Of a stretch of 51,889 nucleotides of DNA, positions 15,958 through 24,522 are shown piece after piece; position 1 is the stretch's first letter; every line of letters begins with the position of its first letter. The stretch spans positions 46,091 to 97,979 of the forward strand of contig CAYOHI010000001.1 of assembly GCA_964403725.1 (NCBI GenBank), given 5' to 3'. This DNA comes from an uncultured Candidatus Saccharibacteria bacterium (lineage in GTDB: Bacteria; Patescibacteriota; Minisyncoccia; Portnoybacterales; UBA2143). The translations under genes and the position numbers were made by a program. The notes under the pieces are model-generated. The model saw only the letters and a program-made list of their open reading frames with translations, searched no databases and was not told the origin of the DNA.

Positions 15958-17700
15958 ATGGATAAAGCTAAGCAACTTCAAGAGAAATTAAATCAAATAA
16001 AGCACCAAGAAGAAGAAAACAAAGCCAAAAGATTGGCTGATAAGCTTGATTTGCCATACATTGATCTGAACATTACCCCTATTGATCCAAACGATTTAGT
16101 CTTAATCCCAAAAGAAGAAGCCCAAAAAGGAAAGATTCTAGTCATCAGAAAAGCAGGAAAAATCTTAAGACTGGCCGTCTATGACCCTGAAAACACAAAA
16201 ACAAAAGAAATTATTAATTCCCTTTCAAAAAAAGGATTCGAGTGCAAGCTATTCATTGCATCCTTGAGCAGTCTACAAAAAGGATGGCAGAGATATGAGC
16301 TAGCCATATCACCCCAGAAGGATACTCCTATCAGGGGTGTTTTCGTCATTAAAAATGAAGACTTAGAAAAATTTGAAAAATCCCTAAAGACTGTCCAAGA
16401 TCTGCAAAAGGCAATCAATGATCTTTCAACCAGCGAACTTTTGACATTGATACTAGCTGGATCAATAAAGATGAGTGCTTCTGACATTCATTTGGAGCCA
16501 GGCAAAGATGGAATCAGATTGAGATACAGGATTGACGGCCTCTTGCAAGACGTTGCCGTATTCCCATCAGAAGAACACCACTTCCTAGTTTCAAGGATCA
16601 AGACCCTGTCAGATATGATCCTAAATATTACCGATGTCAGCCAAGATGGAAGATTTACGACTAAGATTACAAATAACAAGAAAGGAGTTCCTGAAACAAT
16701 CGACTTGAGAGTTTCAATCCTGCCGACCAACTACGGCGAAAGCGTAGTTATGCGTCTTTTGGGAATGTCTGCTATTAAACTGAACCTGGATGACATAGGC
16801 ATCAGGCCAGAACTGTTCAAACTGGTCAAAGGCCAGATTGACAGACCTAACGGAATGATTCTAACTACCGGTCCGACAGGATCCGGTAAGACAACCACCC
16901 TTTATGCCTGCCTTAACTATGTCAACAAGCCGGGAACTAAGATCATCACCGTCGAAGATCCAGTTGAATACAAGCTGAAAGGAATTACCCAGACGCCGAT
17001 CAGCCACAGGAAAGGACACACCTTCGGCAAAGCCTTGAGATCGATTGTCAGACAAGACCCGGATATCCTAATGCTTGGCGAAATCAGAGACCAGGAAAGC
17101 GCTGAAATCGCCATTGAATTCGCCCTGACCGGACATATTGTCTTCTCAACCATCCATACCAATCAGGCAGCCGGAGCGATCCCTAGGCTTTTCGGCATGG
17201 AAGCCAGCCCGGGGTCCCTAGCCTCTTCCCTGAACCTGATTATGGCCCAGAGGCTGGTCAGGAAGCTCTGTCCTGATTGCAAAGAGAAATATGAGGTTGA
17301 ATCGGAGAAAAAAGAAATTATGAAGAAAATCATTTCATCCATAGGACCTGAATCTGGATTGAAGATTCCAGAAGAAATTCCTGAAATATATAAGGCTAAA
17401 GGATGCGAGAAATGCCATGGTCTGGGATATCAAGGAAGAATCGGTATCTTTGAATTTTTAAACGTAACTGAGGCAATAAAGAAGATTATCCTTAAAAAAT
17501 CAGCTGCTTTTGAAATCCAAGACAAAGCTCAGGAAGAAGGGATGATCACCCTAATGCAGGATGCCATATTAAGGACCATTGAAGGGCAAACGAGCCTTGA
17601 TGAAGTAGAAAGAGTGGTTGGATCACTAGAAATTACAGCTAAAAGAATGGAAAATTTAAAAAAAAGAAACCCCGTCGGTAATGACGAGGTTACATCCTAA
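15958..17700 (+). CDS. GspE/PilB-family secretion ATPase (type II secretion / type IV pilus assembly)
   Basis: 580 aa with Walker A GPTGSGKTTT, GEIRD, His-box GHIVFSTIHTN and tetracysteine CPDC...CEKCHGLGYQGR. Confidence 0.9.
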   Translation: MDKAKQLQEKLNQIKHQEEENKAKRLADKLDLPYIDLNITPIDPNDLVLIPKEEAQKGKILVIRKAGKILRLAVYDPENTKTKEIINSLSKKGFECKLFIASLSSLQKGWQRYELAISPQKDTPIRGVFVIKNEDLEKFEKSLKTVQDLQKAINDLSTSELLTLILAGSIKMSASDIHLEPGKDGIRLRYRIDGLLQDVAVFPSEEHHFLVSRIKTLSDMILNITDVSQDGRFTTKITNNKKGVPETIDLRVSILPTNYGESVVMRLLGMSAIKLNLDDIGIRPELFKLVKGQIDRPNGMILTTGPTGSGKTTTLYACLNYVNKPGTKIITVEDPVEYKLKGITQTPISHRKGHTFGKALRSIVRQDPDILMLGEIRDQESAEIAIEFALTGHIVFSTIHTNQAAGAIPRLFGMEASPGSLASSLNLIMAQRLVRKLCPDCKEKYEVESEKKEIMKKIISSIGPESGLKIPEEIPEIYKAKGCEKCHGLGYQGRIGIFEFLNVTEAIKKIILKKSAAFEIQDKAQEEGMITLMQDAILRTIEGQTSLDEVERVVGSLEITAKRMENLKKRNPVGNDEVTS

Positions 17701-17711
17701 TATCCACTAAA

Positions 17712-17851
17712 CTGTAGGCAACAACTCCCTGCCTGAGAACAGAGAGAAAAGACCTTCCGAGGAGTATTCCAGTCGAAACCAAAATATCCAAAAATCTAAG
17801 AGAAATCCCCACAGGCTCTATTGAATAAATTGAGCCCCCCATTGCCTACAG
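17712..17851. other. 140-bp element bounded by perfect 10-bp inverted repeats (structured RNA or MITE-like element)
   Basis: CTGTAGGCAA (17712-17721) and TTGCCTACAG (17842-17851). Internal helices ACTCC/GGAGT and GGCTC/GAGCC. More GC-rich than the surrounding intergenic DNA, and no ORF. Confidence 0.35.
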
Positions 17852-17873
17852 ATTGTTAAATATTAACTAAAAG

Positions 17874-17900
17874 GAGGAGAGAACATCTCCTCATTTGTAT
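17874..17900 (+). terminator. hairpin, possible weak terminator upstream of ruvB
   Basis: GAGGAGA-GAACA-TCTCCTC (17874-17892) followed by ATTTGTAT. The T-tract is weak. Confidence 0.3.
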
Positions 17901-17924
17901 ACATAGTAGCAGATTATCACTAAA

Positions 17925-18950
17925 ATGTCAAGAGAAATTACGGATTCCAAACAATTAAATGAAGATCGCTATCTAGATATGACCTTGAGGCCCAAAAGCT
18001 TTGATGAATACATGGGCCAGGAAAAAATCAAGGATAACCTTAAGATTCTGATAGAAGCAGCCAGAAAAAGGGATGAAGCCGTAGATCATGTCCTTCTATG
18101 CGGCAGTTCAGGACTGGGCAAGACTACCCTGGCCCATATCATTTCAAAGGAAATGAATAGCAATATCAAGATTACCTCTGGCCCGGCTATCGAGAAGGTT
18201 GGCGACCTGGCTTCAATCTTAACCAACCTGCAGCCTGGTGATATTCTTTTTGTTGATGAAATCCATAGACTAAACAAAACTATTGAAGAAACCCTTTATC
18301 CGGCAATGGAGGACTTTGCCTTGGATATCATTATAGGCAAAGGGCCTTCAGCTAGAACTCTACAGTTGGAATTGCCTAGATTCACCCTAATTGGAGCCAC
18401 TACCAGGACAGGATTGATTTCCTCCCCTTTAAGAGGGCGCTTTGGCGCAACTTACAGATTGGATTTCTATCACCAGCCAGATATTGAAAGGATTATAGCC
18501 AGATCAGCTAATATTTTAAATGTCTCAATCAATGAAAATGAAGCCCTGCAGGTCATTGCCCAATCAGCCAGACAGACTCCGAGAGTAGCTAACAGATTAC
18601 TTAAAAGAGTCAGAGATTACAGCCAGGTCAGGGCAGATGGCGTAATTAACCGACAAACAGCTTCTGAAGCATTAAAAATGCTTGAAATCGATCAGTATGG
18701 ATTAGAGCCAGCTGATCGAAGATTATTGGAAATGATTATTAAAAAATTTAGCGGTGGACCAGTTGGATTACAAGCTTTGGCAGCAGCCTGCCAGGAAGAA
18801 ACTGACACCATTGCCGATGTTCATGAACCCTATCTTCTGCAATTGGGATTCATTGACCGTACACCTCGTGGACGCATTGCCACTAAGACGGCTTATGAGC
18901 ATCTGGGAATTGACTTTCCTGAAGTAGAACAGAGCAAGTTGATACTTTAG
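17925..18950 (+). CDS. ruvB: Holliday junction branch migration ATPase RuvB
   Basis: 341 aa with [16 protein letters not shown], Walker [12 protein letters not shown], Walker [10 protein letters not shown] and [16 protein letters not shown]. Confidence 0.95.
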   Translation: MSREITDSKQLNEDRYLDMTLRPKSFDEYMGQEKIKDNLKILIEAARKRDEAVDHVLLCGSSGLGKTTLAHIISKEMNSNIKITSGPAIEKVGDLASILTNLQPGDILFVDEIHRLNKTIEETLYPAMEDFALDIIIGKGPSARTLQLELPRFTLIGATTRTGLISSPLRGRFGATYRLDFYHQPDIERIIARSANILNVSINENEALQVIAQSARQTPRVANRLLKRVRDYSQVRADGVINRQTASEALKMLEIDQYGLEPADRRLLEMIIKKFSGGPVGLQALAAACQEETDTIADVHEPYLLQLGFIDRTPRGRIATKTAYEHLGIDFPEVEQSKLIL

Positions 18951-19220
18951 TTATTTATATATCTTGTGAGTTCCGATTAAATAGAAACGAACTTCTTCTT
19001 TGCTTATAAACCTGAAAATTATTCGGTATTTATAATCAACAGAAAAAGACCAGTATTTTTCTATTTTCCCCTTGAACTTTCCATGAAGTTTGTGAGTTTT
19101 TAGTTTTGGATTAAATGGATTCTTAAGGAAAATACTTTCTTTTTCTTCAGCTAACTCCTTAACTTTATTAGGTAGTCTTTTGTAGTCACGGATAAACTTG
19201 TTTGAGTAATAAATTTTCAT
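18951..19220 (-). CDS. type II toxin, RelE/YafQ/ParE superfamily
   Basis: 89 aa. The pattern KTHKLHGKFKG...WSFSVDYKYRIIFRF...VRFYLIGTHKIY matches the RelE/YafQ core, with an RHH gene upstream. Confidence 0.75.
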   Translation of the reverse strand: MKIYYSNKFIRDYKRLPNKVKELAEEKESIFLKNPFNPKLKTHKLHGKFKGKIEKYWSFSVDYKYRIIFRFISKEEVRFYLIGTHKIYK

Positions 19221-19295
19221 TAAATTAATATACCCACCACCTCCACTCTTTATTCTTTTTAGGTATATAGCTTTCTTTCGACCTTACTTATTAAG

Positions 19296-19514
19296 TTATT
19301 TTAAATCTTTAAGAGAGCGCAGAGTCTTACCTTTGCCAGTATCAAAATCACGATCCATTTTTTCTAGTTTAGATAGTAATTTGCTTTCTTCTTCATAGTC
19401 ACGCAAAAGAGCGCGAAAGAATTCGCTAACACTAACATACTTATTCTTTTTTACTTCCCGCTTGATCATCTTTACAGTTTCAGCAGGAAGAGAAAGATTA
19501 ACAATACTACGCAT
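19296..19514 (-). CDS. ribbon-helix-helix (CopG/Arc-type) antitoxin
   Basis: 72 aa. N-terminus RSIVNLSLPAETVKMIKREVKKNKYVSVSEFFRALLRDY fits a beta-strand plus two helices of the RHH fold. Confidence 0.7.
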   Translation of the reverse strand: MRSIVNLSLPAETVKMIKREVKKNKYVSVSEFFRALLRDYEEESKLLSKLEKMDRDFDTGKGKTLRSLKDLK

Positions 19515-19532
19515 ATATTTAATATTTTAATC

Positions 19533-19554
19533 TTGTTACTCGACTATGTAACAA
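19533..19554. promoter_or_regulatory. palindromic operator candidate in the TA promoter region
   Basis: TTGTTAC (19533-19539), 8-nt spacer, GTAACAA (19548-19554), located 19-40 nt upstream of the antitoxin ATG. It overlaps a -35-like TTGTTA on the minus strand. Confidence 0.45.
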
Positions 19555-19565
19555 TATGTATTAGA

Positions 19566-21062
19566 TTGTATTACAAGTTTATCAAAATCAAAATACTCTG
19601 TCAAGCCCTATTCTTAGGCCTGTTTTTACTCAATCCTCTATTAACTCTAGCCGCTACAGGCGATGTAATCATCAATGAAATTGCCTGGATGGGCACAGAA
19701 ACATCTTCAAGCGATGAATGGATTGAACTATACAATACAACTTCCCAAGATATTGATCTGACTGACTGGACCCTAGCTTCAACTGACGGAACGCCTGATA
19801 TCACCCTGTCTGGAACAATAGCTGCCAACAGCTATTTTTTATTAGAACGAACTGATGATAATTCAGTTCCTAGTATTACCGCAGACCAAATTTACACTGG
19901 TGCCCTAGGTAATTCTGGAGAGAATTTAGAATTGAAAGATAACAGCAGTAATCTGATTGATTCAGCTGATCATTCAGGCGGCTGGACAGCTGGCGACAAT
20001 TCAACCAAGCAAACAATGGAACTGGTCAGCAGCGCCTGGCAGACAAGCACTGATATTGGCGGAACCCCTAAGGCGCAAAACAGCATATCAACTTCAACCA
20101 CAACAGAAGATACCAGCACTACTACTGAATCCACTACCACAACCAGCAGTGATTCTACTGATTATCCTCCATTTGCCATTGCCGGAACGAATATTACGGC
20201 CCTGACTAACCAGGAAATCCCATTTGATGCCAGCGAATCATATGACAGAAGAAATGATCCTTTAACATACTTTTGGAATTTCGGAGATGGAGCCACTGAC
20301 ACAGAAAAGAAAACAACCCATACTTATGCCCATCCTGGACAATATTTAGTCACCCTGATGGTTTCAGATGGTGCTTTTGAATCTTTAGATATTATTACCG
20401 TAAATATTTATGACCAATCCGTCATTATTAGCGAATTTAGCAAAGATTGGATTGAATTATATAACCAGAGCGATTCAGTGGCCAATCTGACTGATTGGCA
20501 GTTAGTCAATTCAAGTAGTTCTCTTTTTATCTTCCCGCCCAACAGCCTGATTGGACCGAAGCAATTCCTTGTCTTGAGAAAAGAGATTACGAAGATGGAA
20601 TTCAACGATAATCAAATTAGCTTAATTTACCCAGATGGCTCGATTGGCATTGAAATCAATTATTCAACACAAGGAAAAGAAAATTTCTGCATTGCTTTTA
20701 ATGGATCTGACTATTTCTGGACGAATATGGCTACGCCTGGAACAAGCAACATTATTTCCACCCAGCCAATCATTCCAAAAAGCTTTTCAGTTAACAATCC
20801 GAAGATCCCAAAACAAGAAACAAACAATCTGACCCAAGAACAGAATTTCAATACCCAAAACCAAGCCACTACGACAAATACAATTCAACCTACAAAAGAA
20901 ATACCTAAAAACGAATTAAAAGACACCCAATCTGCATCCATATTCCAATCACAGCAAAATACAAAATCTAATCTGATTACATATATTATCCTAATTACCT
21001 CTGCTTCTTTGGTAATTAGCTGGATTGTAATCAAAATTAGGAAAAGGGTGTTAAAGCATTGA
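19566..21062 (+). CDS. surface protein: signal peptide, lamin-tail domain (LTD), Ser/Thr linker, PKD domain, second LTD, C-terminal TM anchor
   Basis: INEIAWMGT...DEWIELYN and VIISEF..DWIELYN are LTD signatures. FDASESYD...LTYFWNFGDG...HTYAHPGQYLVTLMVSDG is PKD. C-terminal helix LITYIILITSASLVISWIVI+KIRKR. The track start is TTG 19533, inside the operator; TTG 19566 gives a cleaner signal peptide. Confidence 0.75.
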   Translation: MYYKFIKIKILCQALFLGLFLLNPLLTLAATGDVIINEIAWMGTETSSSDEWIELYNTTSQDIDLTDWTLASTDGTPDITLSGTIAANSYFLLERTDDNSVPSITADQIYTGALGNSGENLELKDNSSNLIDSADHSGGWTAGDNSTKQTMELVSSAWQTSTDIGGTPKAQNSISTSTTTEDTSTTTESTTTTSSDSTDYPPFAIAGTNITALTNQEIPFDASESYDRRNDPLTYFWNFGDGATDTEKKTTHTYAHPGQYLVTLMVSDGAFESLDIITVNIYDQSVIISEFSKDWIELYNQSDSVANLTDWQLVNSSSSLFIFPPNSLIGPKQFLVLRKEITKMEFNDNQISLIYPDGSIGIEINYSTQGKENFCIAFNGSDYFWTNMATPGTSNIISTQPIIPKSFSVNNPKIPKQETNNLTQEQNFNTQNQATTTNTIQPTKEIPKNELKDTQSASIFQSQQNTKSNLITYIILITSASLVISWIVIKIRKRVLKH

Positions 21063-21087
21063 CAAATACTATCTTGGGTGGTATAAT
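21059..21087 (+). promoter_or_regulatory. consensus sigma70 promoter with extended -10
   Basis: TTGACA (21059-21064), 17-nt spacer, TGgTATAAT (TATAAT 21082-21087). It overlaps the stop codon of the LTD gene. Confidence 0.65.
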
Positions 21088-21145
21088 ACAGCCAGTACTA
21101 TAAAACAGATTTTGGAAATATATCGTTGACCCATACAGGAGAAGT

Positions 21146-21385
21146 ATGATGAATCAAGTTGAAAGAGACAGACTCATCAAAATGAGAGACTGGTTGGCCA
21201 GCATTCTCAGCGTAGCCGCAAGCATGATCGCTACCCTATCCGTTTTTATGAAAACTAACCCAGATGTACCTAAATCACTATTCGACGACATTGTTTTACT
21301 GCCATGTGTCGTTACCGGCCTTGCAACAGGCATTCTGATCTTATTGGCAGTGCATAAAGCTTTCGATATGAAACTTAAAAAATAA
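21146..21385 (+). CDS. small two-helix membrane protein (79 aa)
   Basis: Two hydrophobic segments (LASILSVAASMIATLSVF; LLPCVVTGLATGILILLAV). It has its own consensus promoter and terminator. Confidence 0.55.
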   Translation: MMNQVERDRLIKMRDWLASILSVAASMIATLSVFMKTNPDVPKSLFDDIVLLPCVVTGLATGILILLAVHKAFDMKLKK

Positions 21386-21410
21386 CGCGCACTAGCGCAC
21401 TAACCAAAAT

Positions 21411-21444
21411 ACCGGTGATCTACTTAAAGGTCACCGGTGTTTTA
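21411..21444 (+). terminator. intrinsic terminator
   Basis: ACCGGTGA (21411-21418) pairs with TCACCGGT (21431-21438), followed by GTTTTA. Confidence 0.7.
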
Positions 21445-21490
21445 ATTCCATCCATTGACACTGATTAAGGCATAATAGTATCATTAAGGT

Positions 21491-22027
21491 ATGAGCGGAC
21501 ACAGTCACTGGTCAACAATCAAGCATAAAAAGGGGGCGGAGGATGCGAAACGGGGTAAGATTTTTTCTAAAATATCCCGTTTAATTAGTGTCGCTGCTAA
21601 AGAAAAAGGAGGAGATCCTGATTCAAATCCAAAACTGAGAACCGCTATCAAGAAAGCCAATGAGGCGAACATGCCAAAAGACAAGATTGAGCATGCCATT
21701 AAAAGAGGAACCGGGCAATTAGAAGGATCTGTCATTGAAGAAGTAATCTATGAAGCCTACGGTCCAAACAGCGTCGCTATTATCATTGAAGGAATTACTG
21801 ATAATAGGAATAGGACCTCTGCTGAAATCAAGCATATCCTGTCAAAACATGGAGGAAAATTAGCCGAGCCGGGAAGCGTCAAATACATGTTTGATAAGAA
21901 TGACGAAGGATGGATTCCAAAATACCCGATGGAAGTTGATGAAAAGACCCAGAAGCAATTGGAAAAGATTTTTGAAGCTCTAGACGACAATGATGATGTC
22001 CAGGAAATATATAGCAATATAAAGTAA
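21491..22027 (+). CDS. yebC: YebC/PmpR-family protein, short form
   Basis: 178 aa beginning MSGHSHWSTIKHKKGAEDAKRGKIFSK, with DPDSNPKLRTAI and TDNRNRTSAEI. It is about 60 aa shorter than typical YebC. Upstream of ruvC, as in many bacteria. Confidence 0.85.
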   Translation: MSGHSHWSTIKHKKGAEDAKRGKIFSKISRLISVAAKEKGGDPDSNPKLRTAIKKANEANMPKDKIEHAIKRGTGQLEGSVIEEVIYEAYGPNSVAIIIEGITDNRNRTSAEIKHILSKHGGKLAEPGSVKYMFDKNDEGWIPKYPMEVDEKTQKQLEKIFEALDDNDDVQEIYSNIK

Positions 22028-22028
22028 T

Positions 22029-22505
22029 ATGGTAATTTTAGGCGTCGATCCAGGAACAGCATTAATCGGTTTTGGCGTTATCAAAGATACAAAAAGGAGG
22101 ATTGAAATGATTGAATACGGCTGTATTGAAACTGATCCTCAATATTCAACAGCCGAACGTCTTTTAAAACTAGATACGGATCTAGAGAAGATAATAAAGA
22201 AACATAAGCCAGACAGGGCTGCTGTTGAAGACATTTTCTTTTTTAAGAATCTAAAAACAGCAGTCAAAGTCAGCCAGGCTCGGGGGGTAATTTTAGCACG
22301 AATTGCCAAAATGAAGATTCCGGTATGCGAATACACTCCCCTGCAAGTAAAGCAAGCCGTGACCAGCTATGGCCGAGCTGAAAAGAAACAGGTCCAGCAA
22401 ATGGTCAAGCTTCTTTTAAACTTAAAAGAAATTCCAAAGCCGGATGACGCAGCTGATGCTTTGGCTGTCGCTATCTGTTGCGCTAATTCAAATATTAATT
22501 ACTAA
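22029..22505 (+). CDS. ruvC: Holliday junction resolvase RuvC
   Basis: 158 aa with ILGVDPGTALIGFGVI, AVEDIFFFKN and DAADALAVAICC. Confidence 0.92.
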   Translation: MVILGVDPGTALIGFGVIKDTKRRIEMIEYGCIETDPQYSTAERLLKLDTDLEKIIKKHKPDRAAVEDIFFFKNLKTAVKVSQARGVILARIAKMKIPVCEYTPLQVKQAVTSYGRAEKKQVQQMVKLLLNLKEIPKPDDAADALAVAICCANSNINY

Positions 22506-22510
22506 TACAT

Positions 22511-23188
22511 ATGTCATTTATCACCCAATTCATGATCAGTCAGGGAGTCCCCCAGGAGACCCTAATTTACCTTCTAATGCTGCCCATCGTAGCTACTGTC
22601 ATTGCCCTTGCTAGGCAAGTTATCGGCATCAAAGGATTCGGCATCTACACTCCCTTAATCATCGCTTTTGCCTTTTTGGCTACCGGATTGAAATATGGGA
22701 TAATTTTCTTTTTCACCATCCTAATAACCGGAACATTGGCCAGGCTGTTCATCAGAAAATTCAGGCTTCTCTATCTTCCCCGAATGGCCATTGCTTTGAC
22801 TGTCGTTGTCTTGGCTATTCTTGCAATCTTCTATTTCGGCGCCTATAATGGCCAGACGAATCTGATTAGCATTTCCATTTTCACGGTCTTGATCATGGTA
22901 ACTCTGGTTGAAAAATTCCTGGCTGCCCAGATTGAAAGAGGCGGCAAAGGAGCCATGTTTCTGACCATGGAAACCTTAATCCTTTCAATCATCTGCTATT
23001 GGGTAGCTTCCTGGGTCTGGCTGCAGGCCTTTATCCTGAGCCATCCTTTAGCCACGATCTTTTTAGCAATCATTATCAATATCTTCTTGGGCAAATGGAC
23101 CGGCTTGCGCCTGATCGAATACTTCCGATTCAGGGAAGTGATTAAAAGCATTGAAATACCCAAGAAAAAAAGACCGGGCAAAATTTAA
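22511..23188 (+). CDS. 7TM membrane protein of the '7TM-transglutaminase-associated' family (no transglutaminase domain here)
   Basis: 225 aa, polytopic. The N-terminus LMLPIVATVIALARQVIGIKGFGIYTPLIIAFAF matches the 7TM module that accompanies TIGR02291-type ATP-grasp genes (from memory). Confidence 0.6.
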   Translation: MSFITQFMISQGVPQETLIYLLMLPIVATVIALARQVIGIKGFGIYTPLIIAFAFLATGLKYGIIFFFTILITGTLARLFIRKFRLLYLPRMAIALTVVVLAILAIFYFGAYNGQTNLISISIFTVLIMVTLVEKFLAAQIERGGKGAMFLTMETLILSIICYWVASWVWLQAFILSHPLATIFLAIIINIFLGKWTGLRLIEYFRFREVIKSIEIPKKKRPGKI

Positions 23189-23193
23189 AAAAT

Positions 23194-24522
23194 ATGTTTG
23201 AATTCTTAGAAAAATCTCGTTATGTCTTAGGTATGAATGCCCGTATCCTGACATATATGCGGCCCTCTAATTCCTTGAGGGCTATTCGTATTGCGGATAA
23301 TAAATTGCTGGCCAAAAGGATATTGAAGAAGAACGGCCTGCCAGTCCTGCAGAATTACGCTGTCATCAGGAAACTTCATGAGTTGAGAGATTTTGACTGG
23401 AGTACTCTGCCTAACAGTTTTACCCTGAAGCCGAATAGAGGATTAGGTGGCGAAGGTATCCTGATAGTTTACGCTAAAAGGAAAAAATATCCTCATCCTT
23501 GGGTCAAGGCAGACAAGAAGATCATTACCATCAATGATTTGGAAAGCCATATCCTAAACATTCTTGAAGGAACATATTCCATGACCAGCGTTCCTGATGT
23601 TGCTTTTTTTGAAGAAAGGATCAAGCTATTGAAGCTTTTCAAGCCGTATTCCTTCAGAGGCATTCCTGATATTAGGATAATCGTCTATAACTCTGTCCCT
23701 ATCATGGCTGAACTCAGATTGCCTACTGAAGAATCTGGCGGTAAAGCCAATCTTCATCTGGGCGGTATCGGCGTCGGTATCGATATGGGCACGGGCGTAA
23801 CCACTACGGCCATTTGCAAGAACAAGATTATCGAATACGTGCCCAAAACCAGGCTACCTTTAAGAGGCATCCAGATTCCTGACTGGGAAGAAATCCTGAG
23901 ATTGGCAATCCACGCCCAGCAGATTACAAAGATCGGCTTCCTGGGCATCGATATCGCTATTGACCGGGAAAAAGGACCTGTTATCTTAGAATTGAACACG
24001 CGCCCGGGACTATCCATCCAGATTGCCAATTTGAGCCCCTTAAACGACAGACTGAAAAGAGTTAAAGGATTAAAGGTAAAGACTGTTACCAAAGGAGTGA
24101 AATTAGCCCAAGATCTATTCGGCGGTGAAGTAGAAGACGAACTGGAAGAGATTTCTGGAAGAAAAGTCGTCGGCATCAATGAGACCATTGAAATACTTGA
24201 TAAGAACAAGGAAAAGCATGCTATTATGGCCAAAGTCGATACCGGCGCTTACCGAACGACAATTTGTTCCAATCTGGCTAAGGAATTGGGCGTTGACCAG
24301 GTTATCGGATCAAAGAAAGTCAGAGGCGCCTTGGGTATGGAGGAGAGAAACATCGTCAATTTCTCCTTCTATATGGACAAGCGTATGGTCACTACTGAAG
24401 CTTTTGTCGCTGACAGGTCTGAGATGAAATATGATATTATTGTCGGCCGTCGAGATTTAAAAAGATTCTTAGTTGATCCAGCCAAAAATGTCTTCATGAA
24501 AAAGCCAATCAAGGCTAAGTGA
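23194..24522 (+). CDS. alpha-L-glutamate-ligase-like ATP-grasp enzyme fused to a retropepsin-like 'ATP-dependent zinc protease' (RimB-type) domain
   Basis: 442 aa. VLGMNARILTYMRPSN...IADNKLLAKRIL...FTLKPNRGLGGEGILIV...ELNTRPGLSIQ is ATP-grasp. The C-terminal AKVDTGAYRTTICSNLAKELG...DIIVGRRDL is the DUF785/Zn_protease-like module. Confidence 0.75.
   Translation: MFEFLEKSRYVLGMNARILTYMRPSNSLRAIRIADNKLLAKRILKKNGLPVLQNYAVIRKLHELRDFDWSTLPNSFTLKPNRGLGGEGILIVYAKRKKYPHPWVKADKKIITINDLESHILNILEGTYSMTSVPDVAFFEERIKLLKLFKPYSFRGIPDIRIIVYNSVPIMAELRLPTEESGGKANLHLGGIGVGIDMGTGVTTTAICKNKIIEYVPKTRLPLRGIQIPDWEEILRLAIHAQQITKIGFLGIDIAIDREKGPVILELNTRPGLSIQIANLSPLNDRLKRVKGLKVKTVTKGVKLAQDLFGGEVEDELEEISGRKVVGINETIEILDKNKEKHAIMAKVDTGAYRTTICSNLAKELGVDQVIGSKKVRGALGMEERNIVNFSFYMDKRMVTTEAFVADRSEMKYDIIVGRRDLKRFLVDPAKNVFMKKPIKAK

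Noticed and set aside
15811-15981. A 57-codon extension of the GC-rich ORF (track 15445..15981), overlapping the PilB gene's promoter and start.
   Set aside because: A strong SD (GGGGGAGG) precedes the internal ATG at 15810. The extension is AT-rich, hydrophobic-looking junk that overlaps the TTGACC-17-TAAAAT promoter.
17871-17880. A strong SD-like AAGGAGGAGA that might have preceded an unannotated small ORF upstream of ruvB.
   Set aside because: There is no ATG/GTG/TTG at a usable distance; the nearest TTG opens a 3-codon frame. The purine run is the 5' arm of a hairpin.
20080-20165. A repetitive ACx/TCx codon run that might have been a tandem DNA repeat.
   Set aside because: It is a Ser/Thr-rich low-complexity linker (STSTTTEDTSTTTESTTTTSSDSTD) with no exact nucleotide period.
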